Source: an uncultured Clostridia bacterium (GTDB lineage Bacteria; Bacillota; Clostridia; RGIG6154). From it: a stretch of 61,794 nucleotides of DNA. Positions 53,282 to 61,794 of the stretch are shown one piece after another (the first letter of the stretch is position 1; every line of letters starts with the position of its first letter). The notes under the pieces are model-generated. The model was not told the origin of the DNA. It did not search any database and saw nothing but the letters and a program-made list of their open reading frames with translations. The stretch is from assembly GCA_934446135.1 (NCBI GenBank), contig CAKSDT010000001.1, forward strand, positions 1 through 61,794, read 5' to 3'. Both the position numbers and the translations under genes were made by a program.

Positions 53282-55984
53282 ATGGCTAAGTTTTCAATTC
53301 CAGCAGCACCTGCGGTTTACACTTCATCATACAAGGATTTTAAAGGTGTTGATTTAAACGGCGACGCAGCCACTGTCTCAAAATCGAGGTTTCCATATGC
53401 GTTAAATCTTGATTTTGACAAGAGAGGATATCCCGAAAAACGCCCCGGGGTTGAAGAAGTTTACAAATTCGGCGGAAATATAAAATCATTCGGAGAAGTT
53501 ACGGGCGGAAAAATTGCGGTTCACGCAGGAAACGGAATTTTTGAGAGCAATTCTTCGGGAGGATTTACCAAACTTTGTTGCAACCGGTTTATTACAAAAT
53601 CTTTGAGCAGAAAGTTCAGTGTAAACGGCAAGGATTCTTCAGGCAGTTTAAAAAATGAGATTGAGGCTTTTAAGGACATAAAGACTGCAAAGGTTAAGGT
53701 TGACGGGTTATCGGGCGTAGTTGGAATAAAAGACATAGAGGTGATTCTTGAGTACAGCCGGACAGACTTAGACAATTCTTCTTTAAACGGAGTTGGGGAA
53801 GAAAGCGGAAGTTTAGGAGTATCGGTTTCTTCAGAAAGCAAAATTTCAGGAGGTGCTGAATCTTCAGGAAGTGCTGAGTCTTTAGGGATTGCTGAAACTT
53901 CGGGAAGTGTTAATTCTTTAGGAAGTGCGGGAGGTGTTCTTTCTTACGGTTCGCATTTTACGGGAAGTTACTACGGCGGTGCGGTAAATTCCATAATCAC
54001 CGACAAATACAAAGAGAGGCTTTTTAAGGGAGCGGCAAAGGACGGGGAAATTACCAAAGTTTACGGAGGAGAAAGTTATGAGACTGAAATTCCGGCGGCT
54101 TTTCCCCAAAATTTTGAGGTGTTTTACATTTACATTACTGTAAGGGTTACATTTTCGGCAAGGTCGGAGGAAAGCGGCGTTAAGGCAGGCATTAAGTTTT
54201 TTAACCAAGAGGGGGAAGAACTTTCGGACTATTCTGCAGAGAATGTATTTTCGGGATTAAGTACCAAAGAGATTACGGCAGAGGGAAAATCCTCGGTTAT
54301 TTCAAACGGATTTAACTATTATGTAAAAGGAGAGGGTTTTTTCATAAAGGTAACGGAATACGGGGTATTTAATGTTTTGGAGGACTGTTATTCACCCAAA
54401 ATAATAATCGGCAGGAACAGGTACAGGTTAAAGCCGTCGGACGGAGAGGCAACAAACATTTACGATGAAGAAGGAAGTGCGTTTGAGGACATTAATTTAT
54501 TATCCAGAAAAGTAAGTGAGAGTTTTTCGGTTAAAAGTTGGAAAAAGCGGACAAGCAGCGACAGTTCGGCATATTTTTACAACATTGTAACTTTAAGCAA
54601 AAAGGCTGTACGCATAGAATCGGTAAAATATCTTTCGGAGGACGGATTTTTGGTTGCACCGTCTGACATGTATGAAATTTACAATTTAGGTTCGGGAAAC
54701 GACATTGCGTTTAAAAGCAGCGAGGAGACAAAGAACGGGTACACGCTTTTTTCTTCGGGGTTTGAGATTTTCGGCACAGGCGGGAATGAAGTTTCGGACA
54801 ACCTTATTATTACTTACATTGCCGAAACAGATGAAAATTCCTCATTATGGGAAGACACTGTAAAAGACGCTTACATTTATGAGTTATACGGAGCGGGAAG
54901 CGATTCCAGGCTTTTTCTTACAGGAAACAGCAACAGAAAGAACTTTGTTTGGTATTCTGAGTTTAACAATTTTTCATATTTTCCCGACAGAGGGTATATT
55001 ACTGTCGGCGATGAATCGGCTTTGGTTATGGGATTTTCAAAGTTCGGTTCAAGTCTTGCGGTTTTTAAACAAAAGAGTCTTAACAAAACGGGAGTTTACT
55101 TTATTACGGCTTCTGTTTCGGAGCAGGGGGTTTCGTTTACGGTGAGTCAGGGAGTATCGGGAACGGGAGCGGTATCTTTCGGTTCGGTAACAAACATATC
55201 GGACTGTCCGGCTTTTTTATCCGATGACGGGCTTAATGTTATAACGGCATCGTCGGGAGAAAGTTCACTTCACAATGTAAGTTATTTTATCAACAGTGTT
55301 TTTAAAAGCGGAGATTTAGAAAATGCCGATATTATAAGATACCGTGACAAAGTTTTAATATCGCTTTCGGGGAAAGTTTATGTTTTATACACCGGCAAAA
55401 AGACATACCTTGAAAATTTCAATGCCGAGTATGCCTACGAATCTATGATATGGGACGGTTTTAATGCCGAAAAATTTGAGGTTATATCGGGTTTATTATG
55501 GTTTTCGGACGGAAAATCGCTTTTTAGGTTTAAGGTTCGGAATTCAAAAAACGACATGGGCTATTTTAACGACACATTTATAGGTTCTGACGGAGAAAAG
55601 TACGGCAAAGCAATTGAAAGTTATTTTCTTACGGTATCGGACGACGACGGCACATTTATGACTTTAAAAACAATGGTTAAAAGAGGTTCGGGCATTATGA
55701 TAAAGCCTTTTATAAGAAGCAGTGCCGAGATTTATGCAATTACCGATTCCGGCAAAGGGAAACTTATAAAAGAGGGAAAGTCCGGGATATTGGATTTTTC
55801 GGAGTTTTATTTCGGGACTGTGGATTTTTCCACCAATGAGGGAGCCAGAATAATTCCTTTCAACTCCAAAATAAAAAAATACGCATATTTACAGTTTATG
55901 ATAAAAAACTGCAAATTAAACGAGGGGTTTGGAGTTTACGGCATTGAAAAGAGATTTACTTTGGGAAATTCCAAGAAATATTAA
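53282..55984 (+). CDS. Large virion structural protein (putative tail/nozzle or adaptor protein)
   Basis: 900-aa ORF abutting the previous gene. It has an internal Ser/Gly repeat linker (GGAESSGSAESLGIAETSGSVNSLGSAGG) and no motifs I can assign. Confidence 0.4.
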   Translation: MAKFSIPAAPAVYTSSYKDFKGVDLNGDAATVSKSRFPYALNLDFDKRGYPEKRPGVEEVYKFGGNIKSFGEVTGGKIAVHAGNGIFESNSSGGFTKLCCNRFITKSLSRKFSVNGKDSSGSLKNEIEAFKDIKTAKVKVDGLSGVVGIKDIEVILEYSRTDLDNSSLNGVGEESGSLGVSVSSESKISGGAESSGSAESLGIAETSGSVNSLGSAGGVLSYGSHFTGSYYGGAVNSIITDKYKERLFKGAAKDGEITKVYGGESYETEIPAAFPQNFEVFYIYITVRVTFSARSEESGVKAGIKFFNQEGEELSDYSAENVFSGLSTKEITAEGKSSVISNGFNYYVKGEGFFIKVTEYGVFNVLEDCYSPKIIIGRNRYRLKPSDGEATNIYDEEGSAFEDINLLSRKVSESFSVKSWKKRTSSDSSAYFYNIVTLSKKAVRIESVKYLSEDGFLVAPSDMYEIYNLGSGNDIAFKSSEETKNGYTLFSSGFEIFGTGGNEVSDNLIITYIAETDENSSLWEDTVKDAYIYELYGAGSDSRLFLTGNSNRKNFVWYSEFNNFSYFPDRGYITVGDESALVMGFSKFGSSLAVFKQKSLNKTGVYFITASVSEQGVSFTVSQGVSGTGAVSFGSVTNISDCPAFLSDDGLNVITASSGESSLHNVSYFINSVFKSGDLENADIIRYRDKVLISLSGKVYVLYTGKKTYLENFNAEYAYESMIWDGFNAEKFEVISGLLWFSDGKSLFRFKVRNSKNDMGYFNDTFIGSDGEKYGKAIESYFLTVSDDDGTFMTLKTMVKRGSGIMIKPFIRSSAEIYAITDSGKGKLIKEGKSGILDFSEFYFGTVDFSTNEGARIIPFNSKIKKYAYLQFMIKNCKLNEGFGVYGIEKRFTLGNSKKY

Positions 55985-56003
55985 GAAAGGGGAATGAAAA
56001 AGA

Positions 56004-57884
56004 ATGAGTATTAAAAAGATTACCGAAAAAGAGATTTCGGAAAATCAGGTACAGGGCAGGGAAAATCCGCTTTCGGGTTCGGTTACGGAAAATCAGTCGG
56101 TTTTTGACAGGCTTCCGAAACTTGCTGTAAGCAAGATAAACGAGGCGGCGGAGTTTTTAAATTCGTTTTATGCCGAATTTAAGGCACACAGTGAAAAGTC
56201 TGTTTTGGACCATCAGGACGGAGCGGTGACCGGAGAAAAGATAGCAGGCGGTGCAGTGACCGAAAGTAAAATTGCGGACGGAGCGGTGAGTGAAAGTAAG
56301 ATAGCGGACAGGGCGGTGACAGAAAGTAAGATAGCGGACAGGGCGGTGACAGAAAGTAAGATAGCAGACGGTGCGGTGACAAGTAGCAAGATTGCAAACC
56401 TTTCCATTACCACAGAAAAGATAAGCGGAAGTTCCGTTACAACTGACAAATTGGCAGATATGTCGGTGGACGAAAACAAACTTAAGAATGGGTCTGTTTC
56501 TAATTACAAATTAAAAAGCAACTCGGTAACAACTATAAAAATAGCCAATGAAGCCGTAACAGAAGACAAGCTATCAAGTGAATATAAAGATAAAATTTCG
56601 GCTGAATTTGAAAAAAAAGCGGACAAAGAAGAAGGAAAAGGATTATCCCAAAACGATTTTACCGACGCATACAAAACCAAACTTGACAATGCCTTGACGG
56701 AACATCAGGACATTTCTGGTAAAGAGAACAAGATATTATATGGTTATTATGATTATGCCAACAAATATTTTGTAGACTCCGATTCTCAGCCTATTGAAAA
56801 TGTTGAAAATCAATTATACTATGATGTTGGGCTTAATGTTTTATACCTTTACAGGGCTGAAAAGTTTAACCTTGTAAGCAAGACTTTATTTGGATTTTTT
56901 GACAGTCCTGATTTTATAGGTAGCGATGGATTTCCTTTGGTTAAAACTAAAGAGTGTTTATATATCGATACTAATACTAATTTTGCTTATATTTGGAACG
57001 GTACTGAGTTTATTAAAACAAAAGGCTATGACGATTCAGATTTAAAGTCTGAGATTGAGGAGTTAAAAGATATAGCAAACAACACAAAGACAAACACTTT
57101 AAAAGGAGAGGAAAGTGTGGTTATTACTGATTCTGTCAAGTTACTTCCTGCAAAGGGAATTGAGATTTTCGGAAACAGCGTTCAGGACGGAACGCCGGCA
57201 ATAACTGCCCCTTATGAGATAAAAAGTGTTACAAATCCGACGGTTTCGTTTTCATACGGCGGCGAAACAAAGTCTGTAACATTTGAGGGAATTACTTTAA
57301 GTGGAGTTACATCTGCAAAAGACAGGATTTATGTAAAAGCCGGAAAAGTGTATTTGGAGCAGAACATAAAAAATTCTGTTCCGTCGGTATTTATGAGTGC
57401 AAATGCTGTTGAAAATTTATACGACCCCAACAGAGCAGCCGTTAATTTCAACAGTCAGTATTCGCATGCAGACGATGTTATGTCAAACATCGGCATGCAC
57501 AGGGTTAAATACGGAGTTGACGGTGTGCTTCACTGGTACATACAGGACAACAATTCAAAGGCAATGTCTTTTATAAACATATTTCCGGCTGCGTCTTCGG
57601 ACTGGACAAACGGGCAGACGGCTTATCAATGGATTATTGACAATGCAGGTATGCCGTTTGAGTATCAATACAGGTTAAAAACTCCGAAAGTGACAGAAAT
57701 AACAGGTGAAAGTTCTCTGCTTCTTTTAAGCATTTTAAGCGAAATAAAGTATGAAAGTTTTACCGTTTCATTTTCTGCTTCGAACGGGGTTCCGGTTACG
57801 GGAAGCGTTACATACAGTCAGGATTTAGACAAAGTTATTGAAAAATTAACAAATGCGGTAATAGCGTTAGGAGGAAACATATAA
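56004..57884 (+). CDS. Tail fibre / receptor-binding protein with 10-aa tandem repeats
   Basis: 626-aa ORF with about 12 consecutive GAVTESKIAD-type decapeptides followed by a unique C-terminal domain. Confidence 0.6.
   Translation: MSIKKITEKEISENQVQGRENPLSGSVTENQSVFDRLPKLAVSKINEAAEFLNSFYAEFKAHSEKSVLDHQDGAVTGEKIAGGAVTESKIADGAVSESKIADRAVTESKIADRAVTESKIADGAVTSSKIANLSITTEKISGSSVTTDKLADMSVDENKLKNGSVSNYKLKSNSVTTIKIANEAVTEDKLSSEYKDKISAEFEKKADKEEGKGLSQNDFTDAYKTKLDNALTEHQDISGKENKILYGYYDYANKYFVDSDSQPIENVENQLYYDVGLNVLYLYRAEKFNLVSKTLFGFFDSPDFIGSDGFPLVKTKECLYIDTNTNFAYIWNGTEFIKTKGYDDSDLKSEIEELKDIANNTKTNTLKGEESVVITDSVKLLPAKGIEIFGNSVQDGTPAITAPYEIKSVTNPTVSFSYGGETKSVTFEGITLSGVTSAKDRIYVKAGKVYLEQNIKNSVPSVFMSANAVENLYDPNRAAVNFNSQYSHADDVMSNIGMHRVKYGVDGVLHWYIQDNNSKAMSFINIFPAASSDWTNGQTAYQWIIDNAGMPFEYQYRLKTPKVTEITGESSLLLLSILSEIKYESFTVSFSASNGVPVTGSVTYSQDLDKVIEKLTNAVIALGGNI
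56220..56579 (+). repeat. In-frame 30-bp tandem repeats inside the fibre gene
   Basis: GAVTGEKIAG GAVTESKIAD GAVSESKIAD RAVTESKIAD RAVTESKIAD GAVTSSKIAN LSITTEKISG SSVTTDKLAD ... The central copies are nearly identical at the DNA level. Confidence 0.85.
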
Positions 57885-58075
57885 TGTTTGACATAAAATT
57901 ATTCATAAAAGAAAATTTGGTAAGAGGATTTGAAAACGGGTCATTTACCCGGGAGCAGGTAAACATTTATGCCTTAAACTACAAGGCAAACGGATACATT
58001 GACGAAACCTGTTTTAATGAGATATTAGAAGAAATGGGAGATTTTAAAGAGCAGGAGGAAGGTGAGGAAGAATGA
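57884..58075 (+). CDS. Small hypothetical protein (XkdX-like position)
   Basis: 63-aa ORF lying between the fibre and endolysin genes and overlapping both neighbours. Confidence 0.35.
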   Translation: MFDIKLFIKENLVRGFENGSFTREQVNIYALNYKANGYIDETCFNEILEEMGDFKEQEEGEEE

Positions 58076-59241
58076 AAATATGTATAGACGCAGGGCACAA
58101 CAATTCAAGGGCAGATACCGGGGCTGCCGGGTTTGGCACCAGAGAGCAGGACATTACTTTTGAGATTGCAAAATGTCTTGAAGAAAAACTTAAAAAAAGC
58201 GGAACCTACACTGTTATGACAAGGCAGTACAAGAGTCAGAATTTAGGGAAAAGCACTTCAGATAGTCTTAAAAAGAGAGTTCAGGCTGCAAATTCCGGCA
58301 AAGCCGATTTATTCATATCAATTCACTGCAACAGTTCCTTATTTAAGTCAGCGTCCGGAACAGAGGTTTTTATTTATTCAAGAAACTCAAAAGCATCGGG
58401 ATTAGCAGATAAGGTATCAAAAGAGATTTCAGAAAAGTTAAGCCTAAAAAACAGGGGAGTTAAAACTGCTGCGTATTATGTTTTAAAAAACACAAATATG
58501 CCGGCAATGTTGATTGAAACTGCTTTTATATCAAACAGGGAGGACTGCCGAAAGTTAAGAGAAAGAGCACAGGACTTTGCAGGTGCAATATTTAAGGCGG
58601 TTACCGGGAAGGAGGAAGATGATATGCCTGAGCATTTTAAGTATCACATTGAGGGGACTACGCACATTATAGAAGCCGACCCTAGAAGCATCTGGGCGGT
58701 TGAAACACAGAAAGAGACAAACAAGACGCCTTACGACAATTTTGTAAACTCGGTATTTTTTATGAACCAAAAGAACGGGAAAGTATATCCTGAGGGAATT
58801 GTGGTTAATGCAGGAAAGATTATTTCAAACAATTTACCTCACGGCAAACCTGTATCGACTTTAATAATTTACGGAAAAGACAGGGTTGAGATGAAAAAGG
58901 TTTCAGACATCAAGCAAGAAAAAGGAGTTTGGTTTGCGGTATCGGGGTTTGGGATATATCCGTGCATTACGGCAAAAGAAGAAGGCTTTACGGGAGCGTT
59001 TTCAGATGTTACGCGTTATGCCGACAGACCCATAATAGGCTACAGGAAAAAAGACAACAAGATTGTAATTGCGGTAAGGAAAGGGTCTACTGCAGAAAGA
59101 GCAAAGGAAACAGCCAAGAATTTAGGGCTTGATTTTGCAATATCGCTTGACGGCGGAGGTTCTGCGACTTTAAAGGTAAACGGAAGTTACAAATTCAAAG
59201 GTGACGGCAGGAAGATATTCGGCGGAATTATTTGGGCATAG
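58072..59241 (+). CDS. Endolysin: N-acetylmuramoyl-L-alanine amidase (Amidase_3) + C-terminal phosphodiester-glycosidase-like domain
   Basis: The N-terminal part has KICIDAGHNN, ISIHCNS and LIETAFISN motifs. The C-terminal part has ISLDGGGSATL (NAGPA-type motif). Confidence 0.85.
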   Translation: MKICIDAGHNNSRADTGAAGFGTREQDITFEIAKCLEEKLKKSGTYTVMTRQYKSQNLGKSTSDSLKKRVQAANSGKADLFISIHCNSSLFKSASGTEVFIYSRNSKASGLADKVSKEISEKLSLKNRGVKTAAYYVLKNTNMPAMLIETAFISNREDCRKLRERAQDFAGAIFKAVTGKEEDDMPEHFKYHIEGTTHIIEADPRSIWAVETQKETNKTPYDNFVNSVFFMNQKNGKVYPEGIVVNAGKIISNNLPHGKPVSTLIIYGKDRVEMKKVSDIKQEKGVWFAVSGFGIYPCITAKEEGFTGAFSDVTRYADRPIIGYRKKDNKIVIAVRKGSTAERAKETAKNLGLDFAISLDGGGSATLKVNGSYKFKGDGRKIFGGIIWA

Positions 59242-59257
59242 AGAAAGGAGAAGCAAG

Positions 59258-59653
59258 ATGGAAGCAATCAAAGGGATTAAACTGGCACTTACGGGAGCGG
59301 TAGCGTTTTTAAGTTACATATTCGGCGGAAGCGACCTTATATTCAAAGTTCTTATTATTTTTATTGTTTTTGATTATTTAACGGGCATAGCGGCCGCAAT
59401 TTACACCAAAACATTAAACAGCCAAACAGGGTTTAAGGGGATAATAAAAAAACTCATAATTTTAACTGTTGTGGCTATTTCGCACTGGGCAGGGCTTATA
59501 ACGGGTGCGGAGATGATAAGAACTGTTGTTATATCGTTTTACATTGCAAACGAGGGGATATCTATTATGGAAAATGCCGTAAGGTGTGATATTCCGGTTC
59601 CGGACAAATTAAAAGAATTGCTTGAGCAATTAAAAAACGGGGATAAGGAGTGA
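59258..59653 (+). CDS. Phage holin (holin_4_1 / toxin secretion-phage lysis holin family)
   Basis: The start is MEAIKGIKLALTG after AAAGGAGAAG. It has multiple TM helices and the FDYLTGIAAAIYTKTLNSQTGFKGIIKK motif. Confidence 0.8.
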   Translation: MEAIKGIKLALTGAVAFLSYIFGGSDLIFKVLIIFIVFDYLTGIAAAIYTKTLNSQTGFKGIIKKLIILTVVAISHWAGLITGAEMIRTVVISFYIANEGISIMENAVRCDIPVPDKLKELLEQLKNGDKE

Positions 59654-59659
59654 TTTTAA

Positions 59660-60841
59660 GTGGTTTACAGTCCAAGGCGTGATTTGAATGAAATTACATA
59701 TTTAAAGGGAAGGTATGTTTCGGGAAACGATTCTGACAAGAAATATGCCCAGAGCGAAGCAAAAAAGTATTATGACAGGTTAAGGGCCAACGGTTACGGT
59801 GCAGAGGCCGACAAGTATTCCGGTTTCAGTTATGACAAAGCGTATTCAGACTACAAGGCAAGGTATTCTCCCGAGGGAAGGGTGGGAACATCTTCCGGAA
59901 GTTACATTGACGGCATAAAAAAAGGAACTGACGAAAACTATGACCTTAATTACAAAAAAGCCGACTTATATTACCGTTTGAATGAAGAAAATACCGACAA
60001 AGAATACAACAGCAAGTTAAAGAGCAACTACTTAAATTACGAAAGGGAAAAGGCATTTCTTCCCGAAAAACTTTCGGCAATGGGAATAACGGGAGGAGGT
60101 TCGGAATCATATCTTAGCGGGCTTCAGAACACTTATTTAAACAATGCTTATGAGATAAACCGCGAAAGAGATTCAAAAAAAGCACAGATTGAAGCCGAAA
60201 AGAGAGCGGCATATTACGATTATCTTATGGGAAAGAATGAAAACGACAGCAAGTATGCCGAGATGAAGTACAACGGCTTTTTAAACGACAGGAGTTTTGA
60301 TTATCAGAAATTAAGGGACAGTGTTTCGGACAACCAGTACAGGGACAATTTTGACTATCAAAAAGAAATTGACGACAGAAACTACGGTTATCAAAGAGAG
60401 CGTGACGCGGTATCTGACAGGCAGTACAGCGACAGTTTTAATTATCAGTTGGAAAAAGACGCAAAAAACTTTGAATATCAGGACAGAGTATTAAATTTTG
60501 ACAATGCCTACAAATCTGCGTCGCTCGGTGATTTCGGTCCGCTTGCAAGGCTTTACGGAATTTCGGAAGACGAGATGAGGGCAAAATACTACAATTTAAT
60601 GGCTTATGAAAATTCTTTTAAGAGTTCGGGGAAAGGAGGCGGTTCGAAAAAAAGTTCAGGGGGAGGATATGAAGAAGTAGATATTTATAATCCGGATATA
60701 CCAAACCAAAAGGTTTATAAGGGAGAAAATATAAACGGGAACTATTTTGAACAAATAAATAAGATAGCCCAAACTTTTCTTGAACAGAGGGGACACCCTG
60801 AAAAGACACCGGGAAAGAGTCTTACTTTTATAAAGAAATAA
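59660..60841 (+). CDS. Hypothetical Tyr/Asp/Asn-rich repeat protein
   Basis: 393-aa ORF with a GTG start 9 nt after AAGGAG. It has internal repeats (DSVSDNQYRDNFDYQKEIDDRNYGYQ / DAVSDRQYSDSFNYQLEKDAKNFEYQ). Confidence 0.4.
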   Translation: MVYSPRRDLNEITYLKGRYVSGNDSDKKYAQSEAKKYYDRLRANGYGAEADKYSGFSYDKAYSDYKARYSPEGRVGTSSGSYIDGIKKGTDENYDLNYKKADLYYRLNEENTDKEYNSKLKSNYLNYEREKAFLPEKLSAMGITGGGSESYLSGLQNTYLNNAYEINRERDSKKAQIEAEKRAAYYDYLMGKNENDSKYAEMKYNGFLNDRSFDYQKLRDSVSDNQYRDNFDYQKEIDDRNYGYQRERDAVSDRQYSDSFNYQLEKDAKNFEYQDRVLNFDNAYKSASLGDFGPLARLYGISEDEMRAKYYNLMAYENSFKSSGKGGGSKKSSGGGYEEVDIYNPDIPNQKVYKGENINGNYFEQINKIAQTFLEQRGHPEKTPGKSLTFIKK

Positions 60842-60882
60842 AGATAAGGGCGGATTATCCGCCCTTAAAAAGGAGGAAAAAT

Positions 60883-61794
60883 ATGTATATACCAAACAAG
60901 AATTTTAATTTGCCTTTAATGGGAGAAAAAAAAGAAACTCCGGCAACAAACCCGAAAGAGGCATTAAGCAAAGGAAACGGTCCTGTTAAATACAACAACA
61001 ACCCGATTAATCAGGGGAAGGGTCCTATAAAAGTACAAAGGGCAATTGAAAACGAAAGAAACATTTTAAACCACAATATGTCAATGCTCAAAAAGTACGG
61101 CGATTTAGGGCGGTTTGACATTGCGGACAGATATTACATAAATGCTGCGTCCAGCCGTTTAAGGCTTGAGAAACTTATGGGTATCAGCAAAAGCACGCCC
61201 CAAAACATAGTTAAGGCAAACAGCAAGCAGGCAGCGGCTGTTACCGACAATTACACCCCGGCTTACGGTCTTACAAGAAATGAGTATGAGATGAGGAGAA
61301 GCCAAAATCCGGACATGCCGGAATACGGAAGTTATGAGTATTACAAAGACAGGGAAAACAAGTTAGGGGAACTTATAGATATTTTTGAAAAGAACGCGAG
61401 AGACTACAATGTTCAGGCAAATTATGCGTATAAAAATCAGGATATCAAATCAACAGGGAAATGGTATGAAAAAGCCAATGAGGAACGGGAAAAGATAAAT
61501 AGATATTACCAAAGAGAGTACGGACAAGTTTCGGACAATATGGGGGTTTTGGAAAGACAAAAGGGGGACATCGACAGGACAGCCTCCAGAATGGCAAGGT
61601 ACGGTTTTGATTCAGGGTACAAGGATATGACGGGCCGGGAAATAGAAAATGAGATTGAAAAGTCCGGCAGAAGATTGGTATCTCTTAGAAATATGCCCAG
61701 GACTTCGGAAACTTCAAGACAAATAAAAGAAGAAGAAAAAGCAAATAAGATGCTTTATTCGGCAAGGAAAGAGATTCTTTTAAGAGAGTTTGAA
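60883..61794 (+). CDS. Hypothetical protein, 3' end beyond the window
   Basis: Not in the ORF track because it is open to the window edge. ATG 60883 follows AGGAGGAAAAAT and the frame stays open for 304 codons (MYIPNKNFNLPLMGEKKETPATNPKEAL...). Confidence 0.4.
   Translation, partial: MYIPNKNFNLPLMGEKKETPATNPKEALSKGNGPVKYNNNPINQGKGPIKVQRAIENERNILNHNMSMLKKYGDLGRFDIADRYYINAASSRLRLEKLMGISKSTPQNIVKANSKQAAAVTDNYTPAYGLTRNEYEMRRSQNPDMPEYGSYEYYKDRENKLGELIDIFEKNARDYNVQANYAYKNQDIKSTGKWYEKANEEREKINRYYQREYGQVSDNMGVLERQKGDIDRTASRMARYGFDSGYKDMTGREIENEIEKSGRRLVSLRNMPRTSETSRQIKEEEKANKMLYSARKEILLREFE

Larger units (their letters stand above)
33782..61794. mobile_element. Integrated tailed prophage next to tRNA-His; the right end lies beyond the window
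   Basis: A tyrosine integrase lies directly downstream of tRNA-His. It is followed by lysogeny, early, replication, TA, packaging, head, fibre and lysis modules. The left boundary is only approximate because attL was not identifiable without attR. Confidence 0.85.

Overview
This is an AT-rich Firmicutes (Clostridia-type) chromosomal window in two parts. (1) Positions 1 to ~33.8 kb are ordinary core genome: an RlmD-type rRNA methyltransferase (partial), two SLH-anchored secreted proteins, pfkA and a decayed IS3-family element. It continues with an MBOAT + DHHW/SGNH O-acetylation gene pair, pyrP-pyrR behind a PyrR-type attenuator, and a LuxR-type regulator next to a 1072-aa TPR protein. The remainder holds the rpmG-secE-nusG-rplK-rplA-rplJ-rplL cluster (with L10 leader), eno, thrC, tig-clpP-clpX and a tRNA Gly/Arg/His cluster. 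(2) From just downstream of tRNA-His (~33.8 kb) to the window end (>28 kb; the right end is not in the window) lies an integrated tailed prophage. It carries an integrase, a membrane-anchored Mrr-like nuclease, two XRE repressors with back-to-back consensus promoters, and a translationally coupled early operon. It also carries a Hol-Tox-like mini-toxin, an HUH rolling-circle Rep behind iteron-like repeats, a sigma-r4-like regulator and a RelE/ParE-Phd TA moron. The late genes are terminase, portal, scaffold, decoration and capsid proteins, a large structural protein, a repeat-containing tail fibre, endolysin, holin and post-lysis ORFs. The most unusual signal is in the prophage head module. 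Almost every intergenic gap there (about 1.7 kb in total) is filled by long, strand-asymmetric, C-depleted G/T/A tandem-repeat arrays packed with Shine-Dalgarno-like GGAG words. One array is a ~450-bp tract of helically phased (10/11-bp; exact 42/84-bp) A/T-tracts upstream of the capsid gene, and another is nine 21-bp iterons upstream of the scaffold gene. I cannot assign these to any described phage regulatory system. Other second-look items are a ~160-bp structured non-coding module shared between chromosome and prophage, duplicated leader modules with 9-codon mini-ORFs, an in-frame TAG in an MBL hydrolase gene, and a LacI regulator without a canonical start codon. No CRISPR array, cas genes or rRNA genes are present.
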